A stretch of 64,000 nt of DNA from Eledone cirrhosa (GCA_964016885.1 OZ024749.1:8432001-8496000), one strand, 5' to 3'. Counted from the stretch's first letter, positions 39,752 through 51,677 are shown. Notes: generated by a model from the sequence alone, not told the origin. A program made the numbers and translations.

Positions 39752-40420
39752 AGGGAGGGGGGACAGAGCTAGAGGAAGAGAGAGGGATCCTGGGTTAATT
39801 CGAGAGTAACGACAATAAATTAGGCACTCAATACATTAGTAGACTGAGAACATCAATATTTAATATAGAAATGGCTTCGACAGTACTAGAAATGTCCCAT
39901 TCTTATGAAATCATCAGAAGTGTGTGTGTGTGTATGTATGAAACCATCAGGAATATATATGTGTGTTTGTGTGTGTGTGTCACATATCACTCAGTAATAA
40001 CACCCTACTGACTTAAAATGCATTTGATTTAATAATGTCCACTTGATGTTAAAACAAATTAGAAGATTGATGGTCACAGCTGGAACGCTTTTAATTATAA
40101 GTCAGTTAAATTAGGGCTCACATAACACCGAACAACAACATCAACGATGGACACAAAACCACTTTGCAAAACTAATACGAGTCTAATTTCTGTTATTAAA
40201 CAACATGAGGTAGATATAAGGAAAGAGTGAAAGAGATGTATACTAATGGCTTAGAATAGAGGATGAAGAGGCTGGGAACCTGATACAGACTTTAAAATCC
40301 TGGAGCAGCTTCCCTACCAGTGAACCTCCTACAGTGGGTCATGTTATTCGGTTAGAGCACGTTTATATAATGCAGTAAACATTGTGTAAACAAGAGCTCA
40401 CACATACACACACATATACG

Positions 40421-40424
<4 letters not shown>

Positions 40425-40495
<71 letters not shown>
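40425..40495. repeat. (TA)n microsatellite
   Basis: Pure TA run. Confidence 0.95.
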
Positions 40496-40499
<4 letters not shown>

Positions 40500-40670
40500 G
40501 GGGTAACAAATAATAGTTATATGCAGTCCACTTAGGTAAAGTCCAGTTATGGTATTCCAGGTAGTGGATGATATTAACGCTTGGCTTGGTTTGACTCAAC
40601 AAGGCGTTTTCATAGTGATGCTGCGGGTATGCCGTAATTCCTATGTTGTAAATACTTGGAGTAATAATAA

Positions 40671-40907
40671 ATCAGGAAAGAAGGTTGACATGGTTTGCTA
40701 TACAAAAAAGGTTTTTAATCTCATAGCTGTGTATTTTCTTCATTCTCGCATGCTCCGAAGATCTGACTGGTTATAATTTTGTATTGGCGATCGAGTAACG
40801 TGAAAATAAGCGAATAGCGATCTCTAGACCTACCAGTTCAGAGAAACAATTGTCAGCTATGAGATTAAAAACCTTTTATGTATAGCAAACCATGTCAACC
40901 TTCTTTC

Positions 40908-40912
<5 letters not shown>
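40671..40912. mobile_element. Inverted-repeat cassette (59-bp arms) enclosing a hammerhead; Penelope pLTR-like
   Basis: 40671-40729 is the near-perfect reverse complement of 40854-40912. Confidence 0.8.
40749..40861 (+). ncRNA. Type I hammerhead ribozyme, core variant CCGAAGA (probably inactivated)
   Basis: catgct-CCGAAGA-tctgactggt...accagttcaga-GAAAC-aatt-GTC-agctatg. Confidence 0.72.
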
Positions 40913-40984
<72 letters not shown>

Positions 40985-40989
<5 letters not shown>

Positions 40990-41082
40990 AAAAAGTATGA
41001 CCCGGACGGAAGAGCTCAAGCCGTTTCGACGGCTATTTCTGGACGGCTTGAACTCTGCCGTCGGGGTCATACTTTTTCCTAT
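40985..41082. repeat. ~98-bp hairpin/inverted repeat next to (TA)n
   Basis: ataggaaaaagtatgaccc...caagccgt pairs with acggcttg...gggtcatactttttcctat across an 18-nt spacer. Confidence 0.9.
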
Positions 41083-41268
41083 TTCTCACTCTACTACCCT
41101 AAGTATTGAGTACTCTGGTGCGTTATGGTCCATTTGGTTCCTTACCACATTTCCTTTGTTATATATATATAAGCAATGAGTTATTTAATTTGTTGATTAT
41201 TCAACAGATTTAATTTATAACAGATTAGAAGCACTCAACAGATATTTTGGGCGGAGTATAATATCTAT

Positions 41269-41586
41269 AATATTAATAAATGGAAGCTATCTTTATGAAA
41301 CCAATTTTATTTTATTACATATATTTCAAGGGTACCAAGATGTTGGTACGCTCTCATCAGATAAGATACAAAAATTGGTTTACAAATAGTGACATATTCA
41401 AAACTAGAACTTAATGCTGTGAATTCTATTTGAATACAACATTAAGTTCTTGTCTGAATATGTCACTATCTGTAAACCAACTTTTGTATTTTACCTGATG
41501 AGAGTGTACCAAAGTTTTAGTACCCTTCAAATATATATAATAAAATAAATATGGTTTTATAAAGATAGCTTCCATTTATTAATATT
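41269..41586. repeat. ~318-bp quasi-palindrome carrying two opposed hammerhead motifs
   Basis: Arms 41269-41426 and 41432-41586 are reverse complements with scattered mismatches and a ~5-nt centre. Confidence 0.92.
41299..41380 (-). ncRNA. Type I hammerhead ribozyme (intact core)
   Basis: Reverse strand reads aaccaatttttgtatcttat-CTGATGA-gagcgtaccaa-catc-ttggtaccctt-GAAA-t-atat-GTA-ataaaataaaattggtt. The mirror copy at ~41475-41557 (+) has GAAA changed to CAAA. Confidence 0.8.
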
Positions 41587-41650
41587 CGATAAAATAAAGT
41601 ACCAGTAATGCACTGGGTAATTGCTGGCCTTGTGCCTAAAGTAGAAACAA
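41587..41650 (+). mobile_element. SINE 3' fragment
   Basis: cgataaaataaagtaccagtaatgcactgggt...gctggccttgtgcc matches the reverse complement of the copy at 44571-44764. Confidence 0.8.
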
Positions 41651-41678
41651 ATATTATTTATATATATAGAGAGAGAGA

Positions 41679-41727
<49 letters not shown>

Positions 41728-41840
41728 AAGTTTGTGTACAATATGTAAACAAAAAACAATATAGCAAACAAGAATGTGTATAATAAAGATATATATATAT
41801 ATACATATATAAGATTAATGCTTGATATAATATCAAAATA

Positions 41841-41878
41841 GTCTTAACGTTTCGGACATTAGTCTATCATCAGAACAA
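41841..41878 (-). ncRNA. Minimal hammerhead motif of Penelope pLTR type
   Basis: Reverse strand reads ttgtt-CTGATGA-tagac-taat-gtcc-GAAACGTTA-agac. Stem III is the palindrome AACGTT and stem I is weak. Confidence 0.65.
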
Positions 41879-42044
41879 AATGAGAAATAAAAGACGAAAT
41901 AGAAGGATAGAGAAACGCGAGAAAAGGGATAAACGGAAAAACGTGGTGAGGGGAGTGTATGTGTGTGGTCAGTCAGCCATTTTGAATGAAAATATCTATA
42001 TGAGCTTGTGTGTATGTGTGCGTGTGTGTGCGTGTGTGTGTGAA

Positions 42045-42084
<40 letters not shown>

Positions 42085-42429
42085 TGTGAGTGAGTGTATG
42101 TGTGTGCATGTCCTCTGAAACACCTTGGCATATTAGAAGCAACCATCTCCAAATGAACTAGTTGGATTCCCGAACAAGACCGGCCGAGCTTATAGATTAT
42201 GTTATCCGAATATCTTAGTTGTCGTTGACAACCTCAAGATCTCCTGTTTGTTGGCTGGCAGAAACCAAACAACGAAATCCTCTCTGAAAACATATACCAT
42301 TATAAATTAGAATAGATAATGTGTGTGACAGCTCACACCTTTTCAGATTTAACTGGCCTCCCCCAAGATATATCTCGTTGGGGGTCTCTTGGGTAATTTA
42401 ATGATAGGGACCCCAGTCCTATCATCTCA

Positions 42430-42566
42430 TTTCTCCAGCTGAGTAAACTGGAGCAACGTGAGATAAAGTGTCTTGCTCAAGGAAACAACACATCACCCGG
42501 TCCGAGAATTGAACTCACAACCTTTCGATTGCAAGCCCAATGCTCTAACCACTAAGCCATGCGCCT
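42430..42566 (-). mobile_element. tRNA-derived SINE (family B)
   Basis: Reverse strand has an A box (tggcttagtgg) and B box (gttcaattc), followed by ccttgagcaagacacttta...gttgctccag. Same family as 45857. Confidence 0.85.
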
Positions 42567-42625
42567 ATATATAGGAATATATGTAGCACGAGACTGATAA
42601 GTATCAACATTCCGGTACAAGGTGT

Positions 42626-43151
42626 TAGAAATATATAAAGAGCAAAGGATAACATATAAAACAAAGTGATGTTTTACCCGGTATATTTCAACGTAATATT
42701 TCAGGGCCTAACCTCCCTTTTAAAATGTTCAACGGAAGTATCGTCCTGATGCTGTACATTCAGATCGGGGAGCATTTAACCACGAAAGCTTCTTCTGCCA
42801 AAACCATCTTGACAGATGCCACAGCCGAGTCATTGAGGTCACCATAGAGGCGACGGAAAGGAAGGTGGGAAATTTAAGAATGAAAGAGGCCATTATCATC
42901 AACAAGAAAAAGCCACAGATACATAATAGATTGAAAATGCACGAAGCGGATTGGCTACTATAACAACTCCACGCATGCGTATTTCCGACATGTAAACAAG
43001 TTAGGTAAGAACACATCGATCGTTTGTTTGATTTTGTAATCGTTTCCGTTTCTTATATGAAAAGAGTATTTTAGCCCTGAAATATGCTGAAATATATTGG
43101 GTGAAACAATATTTTATTTTATTTGTTATTTTTTCCCTTTATATATTTCTA
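42626..43151 (+). mobile_element. 5'-truncated Penelope-like element: GIY-YIG C-terminal remnant between inverted pLTR copies
   Basis: 42734-42963 translates, with one frameshift, as GSIVLMLYIQIGEH...HLDRC...LRMKEAIIINKKKPQIHNR. Arms 42626-42711 and 43071-43151 are inverted copies. Confidence 0.75.
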
Positions 43152-43344
43152 CAGGATTTTGCTGACTTTCTGAAACATATCCACCATTTATGACATACCA
43201 TCGTGTGTTTGATGTCGTTCTTTAGTTTTGTTCTTTCACCACAGACCAACTATTGTCAATCAGTGGCTTTCATGGAAATATTTTTGGAAAGCAAAGTTAA
43301 CATTGGCGGGATTTGAACTCAGAATATTAAGACCCGGATCATAT

Positions 43345-43793
43345 ACCGATTTCAAATGTTGGCAAAAGACGAGCAGTTTGTAGGAAAAATACATACTTGT
43401 AGGAGAAATACATACTTCCAGATCATGATTTAACCCTTTACCATTTACATTACTCTATATATACTATTGTATTTTCGCCGTAAAGACTTTATTTCTCATA
43501 ATATCTCACATGATATTGAATCTATGAGATTTTGATATTATTTATTTTGAGAACAATATCTTAACATCAGTAGGAGTGCCCAGTTGCAGCCGGTTTGAAC
43601 AGAAAGTGAGAGAATTCTGGCCGGATATGGCCGGTTTAAATGCTAAAGGGTTAACTGGTATTTTATCGATGGAGGAAATCTAAAGTGGACCTCGGTGGGA
43701 TTTGAACTCAAAAGGAAAAAATCGTAACGAAATAGCCCAAAATGTTTCATCCGTCGCTCTACTGATCCTACCAATCCACCGACCGCACGTTCT
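43345..43793 (-). mobile_element. Degenerate tRNA-derived SINE (family A) interrupted by a MITE
   Basis: actggtattttatcga...gacctcggtgggatttgaactc...ccaatccacc lies right of the MITE and tail-like ttggcaaaagac lies left of it. A further fragment is at ~43288-43340. Confidence 0.7.
43434..43650. mobile_element. piggyBac-like MITE
   Basis: TTAA|CCCTTTAcCATTTA ... TAAATGcTAAAGGG|TTAA: terminal inverted repeats plus a TTAA duplication. Confidence 0.85.
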
Positions 43794-43853
43794 TCGTTAA
43801 TGTTATTGATAGTTATTTAATTATTATTTTTTATTAATTATATACACACAAAC

Positions 43854-43893
<40 letters not shown>

Positions 43894-44075
43894 GGAGAGA
43901 GAGAGAGAGAGGGGCATACATATTTGAAGATATCTATTAATTAATTTTCCAATTAATGAGTAATTCTTCCAGCTAATTATGTCAAATACAACATTCTCAC
44001 ATCACTTGCTTATTACCAACTTATTTAATTATTTCAACTACAAGCTGAAGACAACTAATTTTCATATTCTTCTCC

Positions 44076-44348
44076 ATCATCATCATCACTAAAACTGCTG
44101 GTGCTACTACTACTACTGCTACCACTACTACCACCACTACTGATACTACCACCACTACTACTACTACTACCACTACTACTACTATTGCTACTACCACCAC
44201 TACTGATACTACCACCACTACTACTACTACTACTACTATTGCTACTACCACCACTACTACTACCACTGCTACTAATACTACTACTACCACTCCTGCTACT
44301 GCTACTACTACTACTATTGCTACTACTGCTGCTACTACTAATAATAAT
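44076..44348. repeat. Mixed (CAT/CTA/CCA)n trinucleotide array
   Basis: Directly visible; it explains the poly-S/L/V ORFs. Confidence 0.95.
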
Positions 44349-44530
44349 GGTTTCTGATTTAGGCACAAGGCCAGCAATTTGAGCGGGAAGGGAAAGTCGA
44401 TTAAATCGACCAGTTCATTACTGGTACTTTATTTTATCGACCCCGTAAGGACGAAAGGCAAAGTTAACCCCGGTGGGATTTAAACTCAGAACGTAAAGGG
44501 CCGTAACTATGCTGCAAATCATGTTATTAG
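44349..44530 (-). mobile_element. tRNA-derived SINE (family A)
   Basis: ggcacaaggccagcaa...ctggtactttattttatcgacccc...aaaggcaaagt...ggatttaaactc. Confidence 0.85.
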
Positions 44531-44570
44531 ACGTTCTATCAATCGACAGATAATAATAATAATAATAATT

Positions 44571-44764
44571 GTTTCTACTTTTGGCACAAGGCCAGCAAAT
44601 ACCCAGTGCATTACTGGTACTTTATTTTATCGACCCCGTCAGGATGAAAGGCAAAGTCAACCTCGGCGGGATTTGAACGCAGATCGTAAAGGGACGTAAC
44701 TATGCTGGAAAGCATGGCGTCCGACCCTCTACCGATACTGCCAATCCACCCTGCCAATCCACCG
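44571..44764 (-). mobile_element. tRNA-derived SINE (family A)
   Basis: Reverse strand has an A-box-like tggcagtatcgg and B box gttcaaatcc, a conserved body gactttgcctttcatcc...gggtcgataaa, and an (ATT)n tail. Confidence 0.9.
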
Positions 44765-44818
44765 ATAATAATAATAATAATGATAGTTTTACAACTACTA
44801 CTACTACTATTACTACTA

Positions 44819-44990
44819 GGGTGGTGGGGACCCAGAATCGGTAGAGCTTCGCTCAAATACGTTGTGACATGTGTTCCGGCTCTTTACGTTCTGATTGAAA
44901 GTCCGGCCAATGTCAACTTGACCTATCATCTATCTGGAGTTAAGAGCCACCTTCTCTCGTTAAACTGCTGGTCTTCAGCATAAATTAAAC
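44819..44990 (+). mobile_element. Degenerate SINE (family A)
   Basis: cagaatcggtagagc...ctttacgttctga...tcaacttgacctatcatc resembles the family A head and body. Confidence 0.6.
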
Positions 44991-45690
44991 CCCCTGCATC
45001 CCAGCAGGCACCGGATTTGACGGCTTCCGGTCTTCGAGCCGTACATATTTCATATATAATTAACTATGAGCTTCAACTGGCTTCAATTGAAGACAAGCAA
45101 ATCTACAGAAACTCTACCCAACAAAACGGCACCCATAAACATACACCGAAAGACACTCAACAGAATATACCGCTCATCACAAAGTAAAATCCAATCACAC
45201 TAATCAAAACTATACTCTAATACTCCCAGCATAACAACACCCAGCCTCCCTGCAGCAATTACTGGTATAGTAGCGACAGAAGTCATCCGACTGCATCCGT
45301 ATTGGCTGGTTTCTTTATAACTCTGCTCCCACCACAATCCCCGTTGAGTAGTTGCTATTGCAACCACACATAATAAGTATTTCCACCGGACTCTATGTCT
45401 GCAATGGACCTGATCCAATATAGAGACATGTACCGAAAGGAAATACACACCCCACAAACATAAGCAAAACCAAAACAAATTCACGCAAACATCACATTAA
45501 CCTAATCGAGACCCTATCAGGCTTAAAGAACAGACAAACCGGAACGAAGTAAATGAGGTCAAACAACGAAATCGGCGAATAATTTCATGGCCCCAAACCA
45601 TAAAGAGCTGATCATTAAATTTACCAACACAAAACTTGAACGAAATGAAGTTATGGGCTCGGACATTCGAACAGACACACACGCGCTCGC

Positions 45691-45856
<166 letters not shown>

Positions 45857-46100
45857 GAAGGAGCATGGCTTTGTGGTTATGATATACGACTTCAATCGTA
45901 AAGTTGTGAGTTCGATTCCCAGTAGCGTGTTCTGTCCTTGAGCAAGAGACTTTATTTTACGTTGCTCCAGTTCACACAGCTGGCAAAAATGAGTTGTACC
46001 TGTAATTCGAAGGGTCACGCTGAATATCCCTGAGAACTATGTTGAGGGTACACATGACCGTGGAATGCTCAGTCACTTGCACGATAATTTCACGTTGAAA
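45857..46100 (+). mobile_element. tRNA-derived SINE (family B)
   Basis: gcatggctttgtggtt (A box), gagttcgattccc (B box), gtccttgagcaagagacttta...gttgctccag. Confidence 0.85.
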
Positions 46101-46134
46101 GCTTCAAATAAAAACTCATCGTCGTAGTAACTTA

Positions 46135-46151
46135 ATATATATATATGTATG

Positions 46152-46185
<34 letters not shown>

Positions 46186-46616
46186 TATACACATGTATAT
46201 ATACACATAGATATATATACACATAGATATATATGCACATATATATACATACATATATATATACACATATATATATATATACACATATATATATATATAC
46301 ACATATATATATATACACACATATATATATACACACATATATATATATATACACATATATATATATACACATATATATATATACACATATATATATACAC
46401 ACATATATATATACACATATATATATACACACATATATATATACACATATATATATATACACATATATATATATATACACATATATATATATATGCACAC
46501 ATATATATACAAATATATATATACAAATATATATATATAAACATATATATATACAAATATATATATACAAACATATATATATACAAATATATATATACAA
46601 ATATATATATATACAC

Positions 46617-46647
<31 letters not shown>

Positions 46648-46698
46648 CACATATATATATATATACATATATACACACATATATACATATATACACAC

Positions 46699-46741
<43 letters not shown>

Positions 46742-46797
46742 TATATATACATATATATATACACACATATATATATATACATATATATATACACACA
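46135..46797. repeat. (TA)n/(CA)-interrupted microsatellite array
   Basis: (TA)k-CACA units; source of the YI/CV ORFs. Confidence 0.97.
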
Positions 46798-47402
46798 TGG
46801 TGGCTGCCAACTCGTTTTCGAGTACGGCCACTACTTTATATCCATGTAGGAGAACCCCTACCGATGCGCTGAACGAACGTGACTTTTTATTCCAGCCAGC
46901 GACTTGAAAACTCTGGTACAAACACTACACTTGTGACAATTATTGACACATAGTGCTGGGCCCATGGTACCCTGTGACGACAAGTGCAGAGATCTCCAGA
47001 TATAAAGCAATGACTGTGCCGTGAAGCTTTTATAGTGAGCAAAGGCACTGCACAAAGCCAGTCCCACTCTCTTAACCAAGATGATATTTACCAAAAAGAA
47101 GAACAAGTCAACATCATTGGATACCATCAGGGTTGCAGGTGTTATATCAGAGTTTTCCTTCTCCTAGAATTCTGCCTTGACAAAGGCTAAGGGGTCATCT
47201 CTCCCGGTGATTTTGGATGGCCATTGACTCTTAAGAGCTCCTTTGCCCTTTGACAGGTTTTGTTTTTAGTCCTGCAGGATGTCCAAAGTCACCCTCCTCA
47301 CCAAGAAACCTTGGTGGGGTTGCCAGTTTAGTCGCCAACGACCCGACCATGAGACAGGTTGTACTGGGATACATGTTACCAGTAGCACCAACTGGTGACC
47401 TG
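46798..47402 (-). mobile_element. Probable internally deleted RTE-like LINE derivative
   Basis: C2H2 finger [22 protein letters not shown] at 46858-46950 is typical of RTE ORF C-termini. 47130-47402 resembles an RTE 5' region (from recall, not aligned). Confidence 0.55.
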
Positions 47403-47433
47403 ATATACACACATATATATATATATACACACA

Positions 47434-47465
<32 letters not shown>

Positions 47466-48281
47466 CACACATATATATATATATATACATATATATATAC
47501 ACACATATATATATACACATATATATATACACATATATATATTCACATATATATATATACACATATATATATATATATATACACACATATATATATATAC
47601 ACATATATATATTCACATATATATATATACACACATATATATACACACATATATATATATATACACACATATATATATATACACATATATATACACACAT
47701 ATATACACACATATATATATATATACACACATATATATATATACACACATATATATACACATATATATATATATACACACATATATATACACACATATAT
47801 ATATATATATACACATATATATATATATACACATATATATACACACACATATATATATACACACACATATATATATATTCACACATATATATATATTCAC
47901 ACATATATATATACACACACATGTATATATATTCACACATATATATATACACATATATATATATACACACATATATATATATACACACACACATATATAT
48001 ATATACACATATATATACACACACACATATATATATACACACATATATACACACACATACACATATATATACACATACCCATATATACTCATACACATAT
48101 ATATATGCACACACATATGTATACACACACATATATATATATATACACACATATATATAAATACATAAAGGAATTGTGGTATATATACATATGTATATAT
48201 ATACATATGTATATATATATGTACATACATATATATGTATATATATGTACATATATATATATATATGTACATATATATATA
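47403..48281. repeat. (TA)n/(CA)-interrupted microsatellite array
   Basis: Directly visible. Confidence 0.97.
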
Positions 48282-49095
48282 TCTATATATATAAAACTGT
48301 GGTTGTCTGTCTGTCTATCGATTTTTGGCACACATCTCCTCTTAGAATCTCTGACGGAATTGCACCGAAATTGCTATACTTGTACATTAAGCCCTAGCGA
48401 AGACATCGGAAAAAAATATTTCAAATTGACCCACCCTATGTGACGAAATCGAATATAATGTATCGATTTTTGAGCGTAAGTTATCAGTTATTTCCCTTTG
48501 TTCTGTTTACATTGAGCGTCTTACGTTAAAAATTACGCTGGCTTTCTCAGCGTTTAAAATGACATTAACACAATACACGAACAGTTGTCGAGCCAGCAAA
48601 ATATTGACCTGCAAAATTCATCAGTTCGAACACTAAGCTTCTGTTTTGCTTCATTTCCATTTAAAAGCATTTTAAAACAATATTTTTACTTGAAAACAAG
48701 TCTATTTAAAGACTACGTAAAACAAGCAAATATTTCAGGCGTGCAGACAGACAGTCGTGCAGAGAGGTGATATAGGCGTGCAGACAGACATAACTGATAA
48801 TTTGGTTACGCTAATGTTTTTCTCTGCGTTGCAGTGTTTACATTTTCGATCTTTGTTAATAAATAACCAGTGCAGTTTTTATCCCCAGCATCCTCTTTTG
48901 TTATAACATTCGGGTTATCGTTATGTTTTCTTAACTTCATAAGTCATATTGTTGGTTGAGGGAATATTAATCAAAAACACCACATGCAAGTCTGCACAGT
49001 AGACACTACAGTTTTTAAGCCAAAAAAGAAACTTAACATTGTAACTTTAACACAGCTACTGAGCGACCCCGAGCAGCGCCTGGCTTTACTGCTAG
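48282..49095 (+). mobile_element. Non-autonomous Helitron
   Basis: A|TCtatatatataaaa at the 5' end and CTAG|T at the 3' end, preceded by a decayed GC hairpin (cccgagcagcgcctgg, 49068-49083). No TSD and no ORF. Confidence 0.85.
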
Positions 49096-49200
49096 TATAT
49101 ATATAAATATACATATATATCTATATATATATATATAAATATACATATATATATATATATAAATATACATATATATAAATATACATATATATATATATAT

Positions 49201-49457
49201 TCCCCCACCCCGGAAAAAACCCCAGTTGATGGATGTGAATCCGAAATATATAGGGACTATTAAATCTCTCCCAAGGTAACTCTCTCTCTCTTGTGTTGTT
49301 ATTATTATTTTTATGCTTTTACTCTTCCCTTCATTCTACACATCTTATACACACCACGCATCTCAACGTACACCCACTTACATATCTCTCTCTCCACCAC
49401 CGGACCTTGTTACCCGGAGATTTACCCATTTGCATTGTCGAGGCTTCCAAACGACTT
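49201..49457 (+). mobile_element. Penelope pLTR-like remnant with decayed minimal hammerhead (49220-49255)
   Basis: ccc-CAGTTGA-t-ggat-gtga-atcc-GAAA-tatata-ggg followed by ATTAAA; two core substitutions. Confidence 0.5.
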
Positions 49458-49751
49458 ATATATATATTTATATATATATATACACATATATATATATATA
49501 AATGAAAATATATTTGTATGTAGTGCATACTTATTGTTTCAAATATAAGCCCGTCGGTTATAGAAAGACTGTTCCTAAACCTAATCTTGAGTTAAGAAAG
49601 GATTTTACTACAGTAGGGTGTTATATACAAAATAGAAATACACACGCACACACACTCTCGCATGCGTGTGTATGTATGTGTGTATGTGTATGTATATATA
49701 TGTGTGTTTGTTTGTATGTGTATGTGTATATATATATGTATATGTGTGTGT

Positions 49752-50697
49752 TACAGTAAAGCCAGTGTCCTGGTGTTTCTCCAGTGCAAGGCGCATACAA
49801 TAGTCCACTACGATGATAAAAAGGTAGGGAGCCAATGTATCTCCCTGGAGCACTCCAGCCAGTATCTCAAAGAACTCTGTCATCCCATCAGGTGTAATGA
49901 CTTCATCCCATCAGGCGAAAAAGATATCGGATGCTTAATTTGCCGACGACATAGTTTTGGTGACAAATACAGTGAAGGAGGCAGAGGATTTGATGCGGGA
50001 GGTTGAGACTGTGTCGATGAGTGTGGGGCTGAGAATGAATGAGACTAAAACAAAAAATCTGGTAGAGAATGTTGAGAAGCCAGAGGGGATCACTAATGTA
50101 GGCGGGAAGCCGCTGGAATTGGTTGAGGACTTCCTGTATTTGGGAGCAAAGATTGGGAATACGGAAGATGATGTGGTTGAGAGGAAGAGCAAGGCCTGGG
50201 CGGCGTGTCACAGCTTGAGATCGGTGTGGAAGTCGGACCTTCGTAGAGACCTGAAAATCCGCCTCTTCATTGCTGTAGTGGAGTCTGTGCTGCTGTGTGG
50301 GTCTGAGACTTGGACACTGACCAAGAGACTCACTCAGATGGTGGTTGGGTGCTACACGAGAATGCTGAGGATGGCTCTGAACATTAATCAGTATACACTG
50401 AGGATGAAAAACTCAGAGCTGTATGGGAGCATCCCAAAAGTCAGCTCAAAAGTGACACAGAGGAGACTGAGGTTGGCTGGACATGCTCACCGACATCCAG
50501 AGTTGACATTGCACTCAGTGCTCCTTTGGGAGCCCCTACATGGACACACTAGAAGAGGAAGACCAAGGTTAACATATGTTGATGCCCTAAGGACAGACAC
50601 TGGTCTGTTGGAGATGCAGGATATGGCAGCGATAATGAGGGACAGAGACCGCTGGAGAGAACTTGTCCATGGATCTCGGGAATTTTACCCGCCTTAG
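49752..50697 (+). mobile_element. 5'-truncated RTE/RTEX-like LINE with inverted 5' segment
   Basis: Plus strand encodes FADDIVLVTN...FLYLG...ESVLLCGSETW...RRLRLAGHAHR. Minus strand 49752-49900 encodes the upstream RT motif GVLQGDTLAPYLFII. Confidence 0.9.
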
Positions 50698-51227
50698 ATA
50701 TAGATAGATGGATATATGTGTGTGTGTGTGTATGTCTGTGTCTGTGTATGCGTGTATGTATGTTTGTATGTGTATGTGTATGTATGTGTTTGTGTGTGTG
50801 AGTATGCGTGTGTGTGTGTTCCTACATAAAAACAAGCTAAATATAATTGAAATAAAGACATCTGGATGGCTTTCGTTGTTCTGTAACGAGATGGAGATAA
50901 ATACATCTCCACTCCAGACCGCACTTACACCAGTGTATTACAAAAACAATATTAATTATATATTGTAATACATAGGAAAACATGGAAAAGAATTGGAATA
51001 GAAATATATTACTTTATACACGCACACACACATCATATATACACACGTAGGACGGCATGTATATTTCCTCTGATAATTTGTAATATTTTTACATAGATCT
51101 ATATGATATACATACCAACACACATATACATCCCAGAAACGATCGTAAAAATGATGAATTTTTTAATATAAGGAACTTGTTCTTTGTTTTATTTCATTGT
51201 TTTTATTAACTTTTATATATATATACT

Positions 51228-51279
<52 letters not shown>

Positions 51280-51453
51280 GATTATATATATATATAATGA
51301 TAATAGTAATAAATGGAGAATATATCACTATAGCATCATATTTATTTCATATATATATAATACAGATATTTGCTCTAGGGTCCTTATTATTTGATATATA
51401 TTTATCCTTATCGAGCCCTCTTTGGATTTTAGTCTTCAAATTTATTATTATTA

Positions 51454-51490
<37 letters not shown>

Positions 51491-51644
51491 CGTATATATA
51501 TATATATATACGTATATATATATCTATATATATACGTATATATATATATATACGTATATATATATATACGTTCAAATAGCTTGACAAACTGAAAATTGCG
51601 GTAGGCGAAACCCAACCATACAATACCAAAGTACTAATCAGGTG

Positions 51645-51677
<33 letters not shown>

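Noticed and set aside
39865-39920. Hammerhead on the minus strand (CTGATGA...GAAG)
   Set aside because: No convincing stem I or NUH site.
42480-42566. tRNA genes at the SINE heads
   Set aside because: A and B boxes are present, but they continue into shared SINE bodies and do not form a full cloverleaf.
44021-44382. Poly-Ser/Leu/Val ORFs
   Set aside because: Translations of a trinucleotide microsatellite.
47318-47400. HDV-like ribozyme in the RTE-like 5' region (minus strand ccagt...gtcgttggcga-CTAA-actgg)
   Set aside because: P2-, P4- and J4/2-like parts are visible, but I could not build a valid P3/L3 and P1 is weak.
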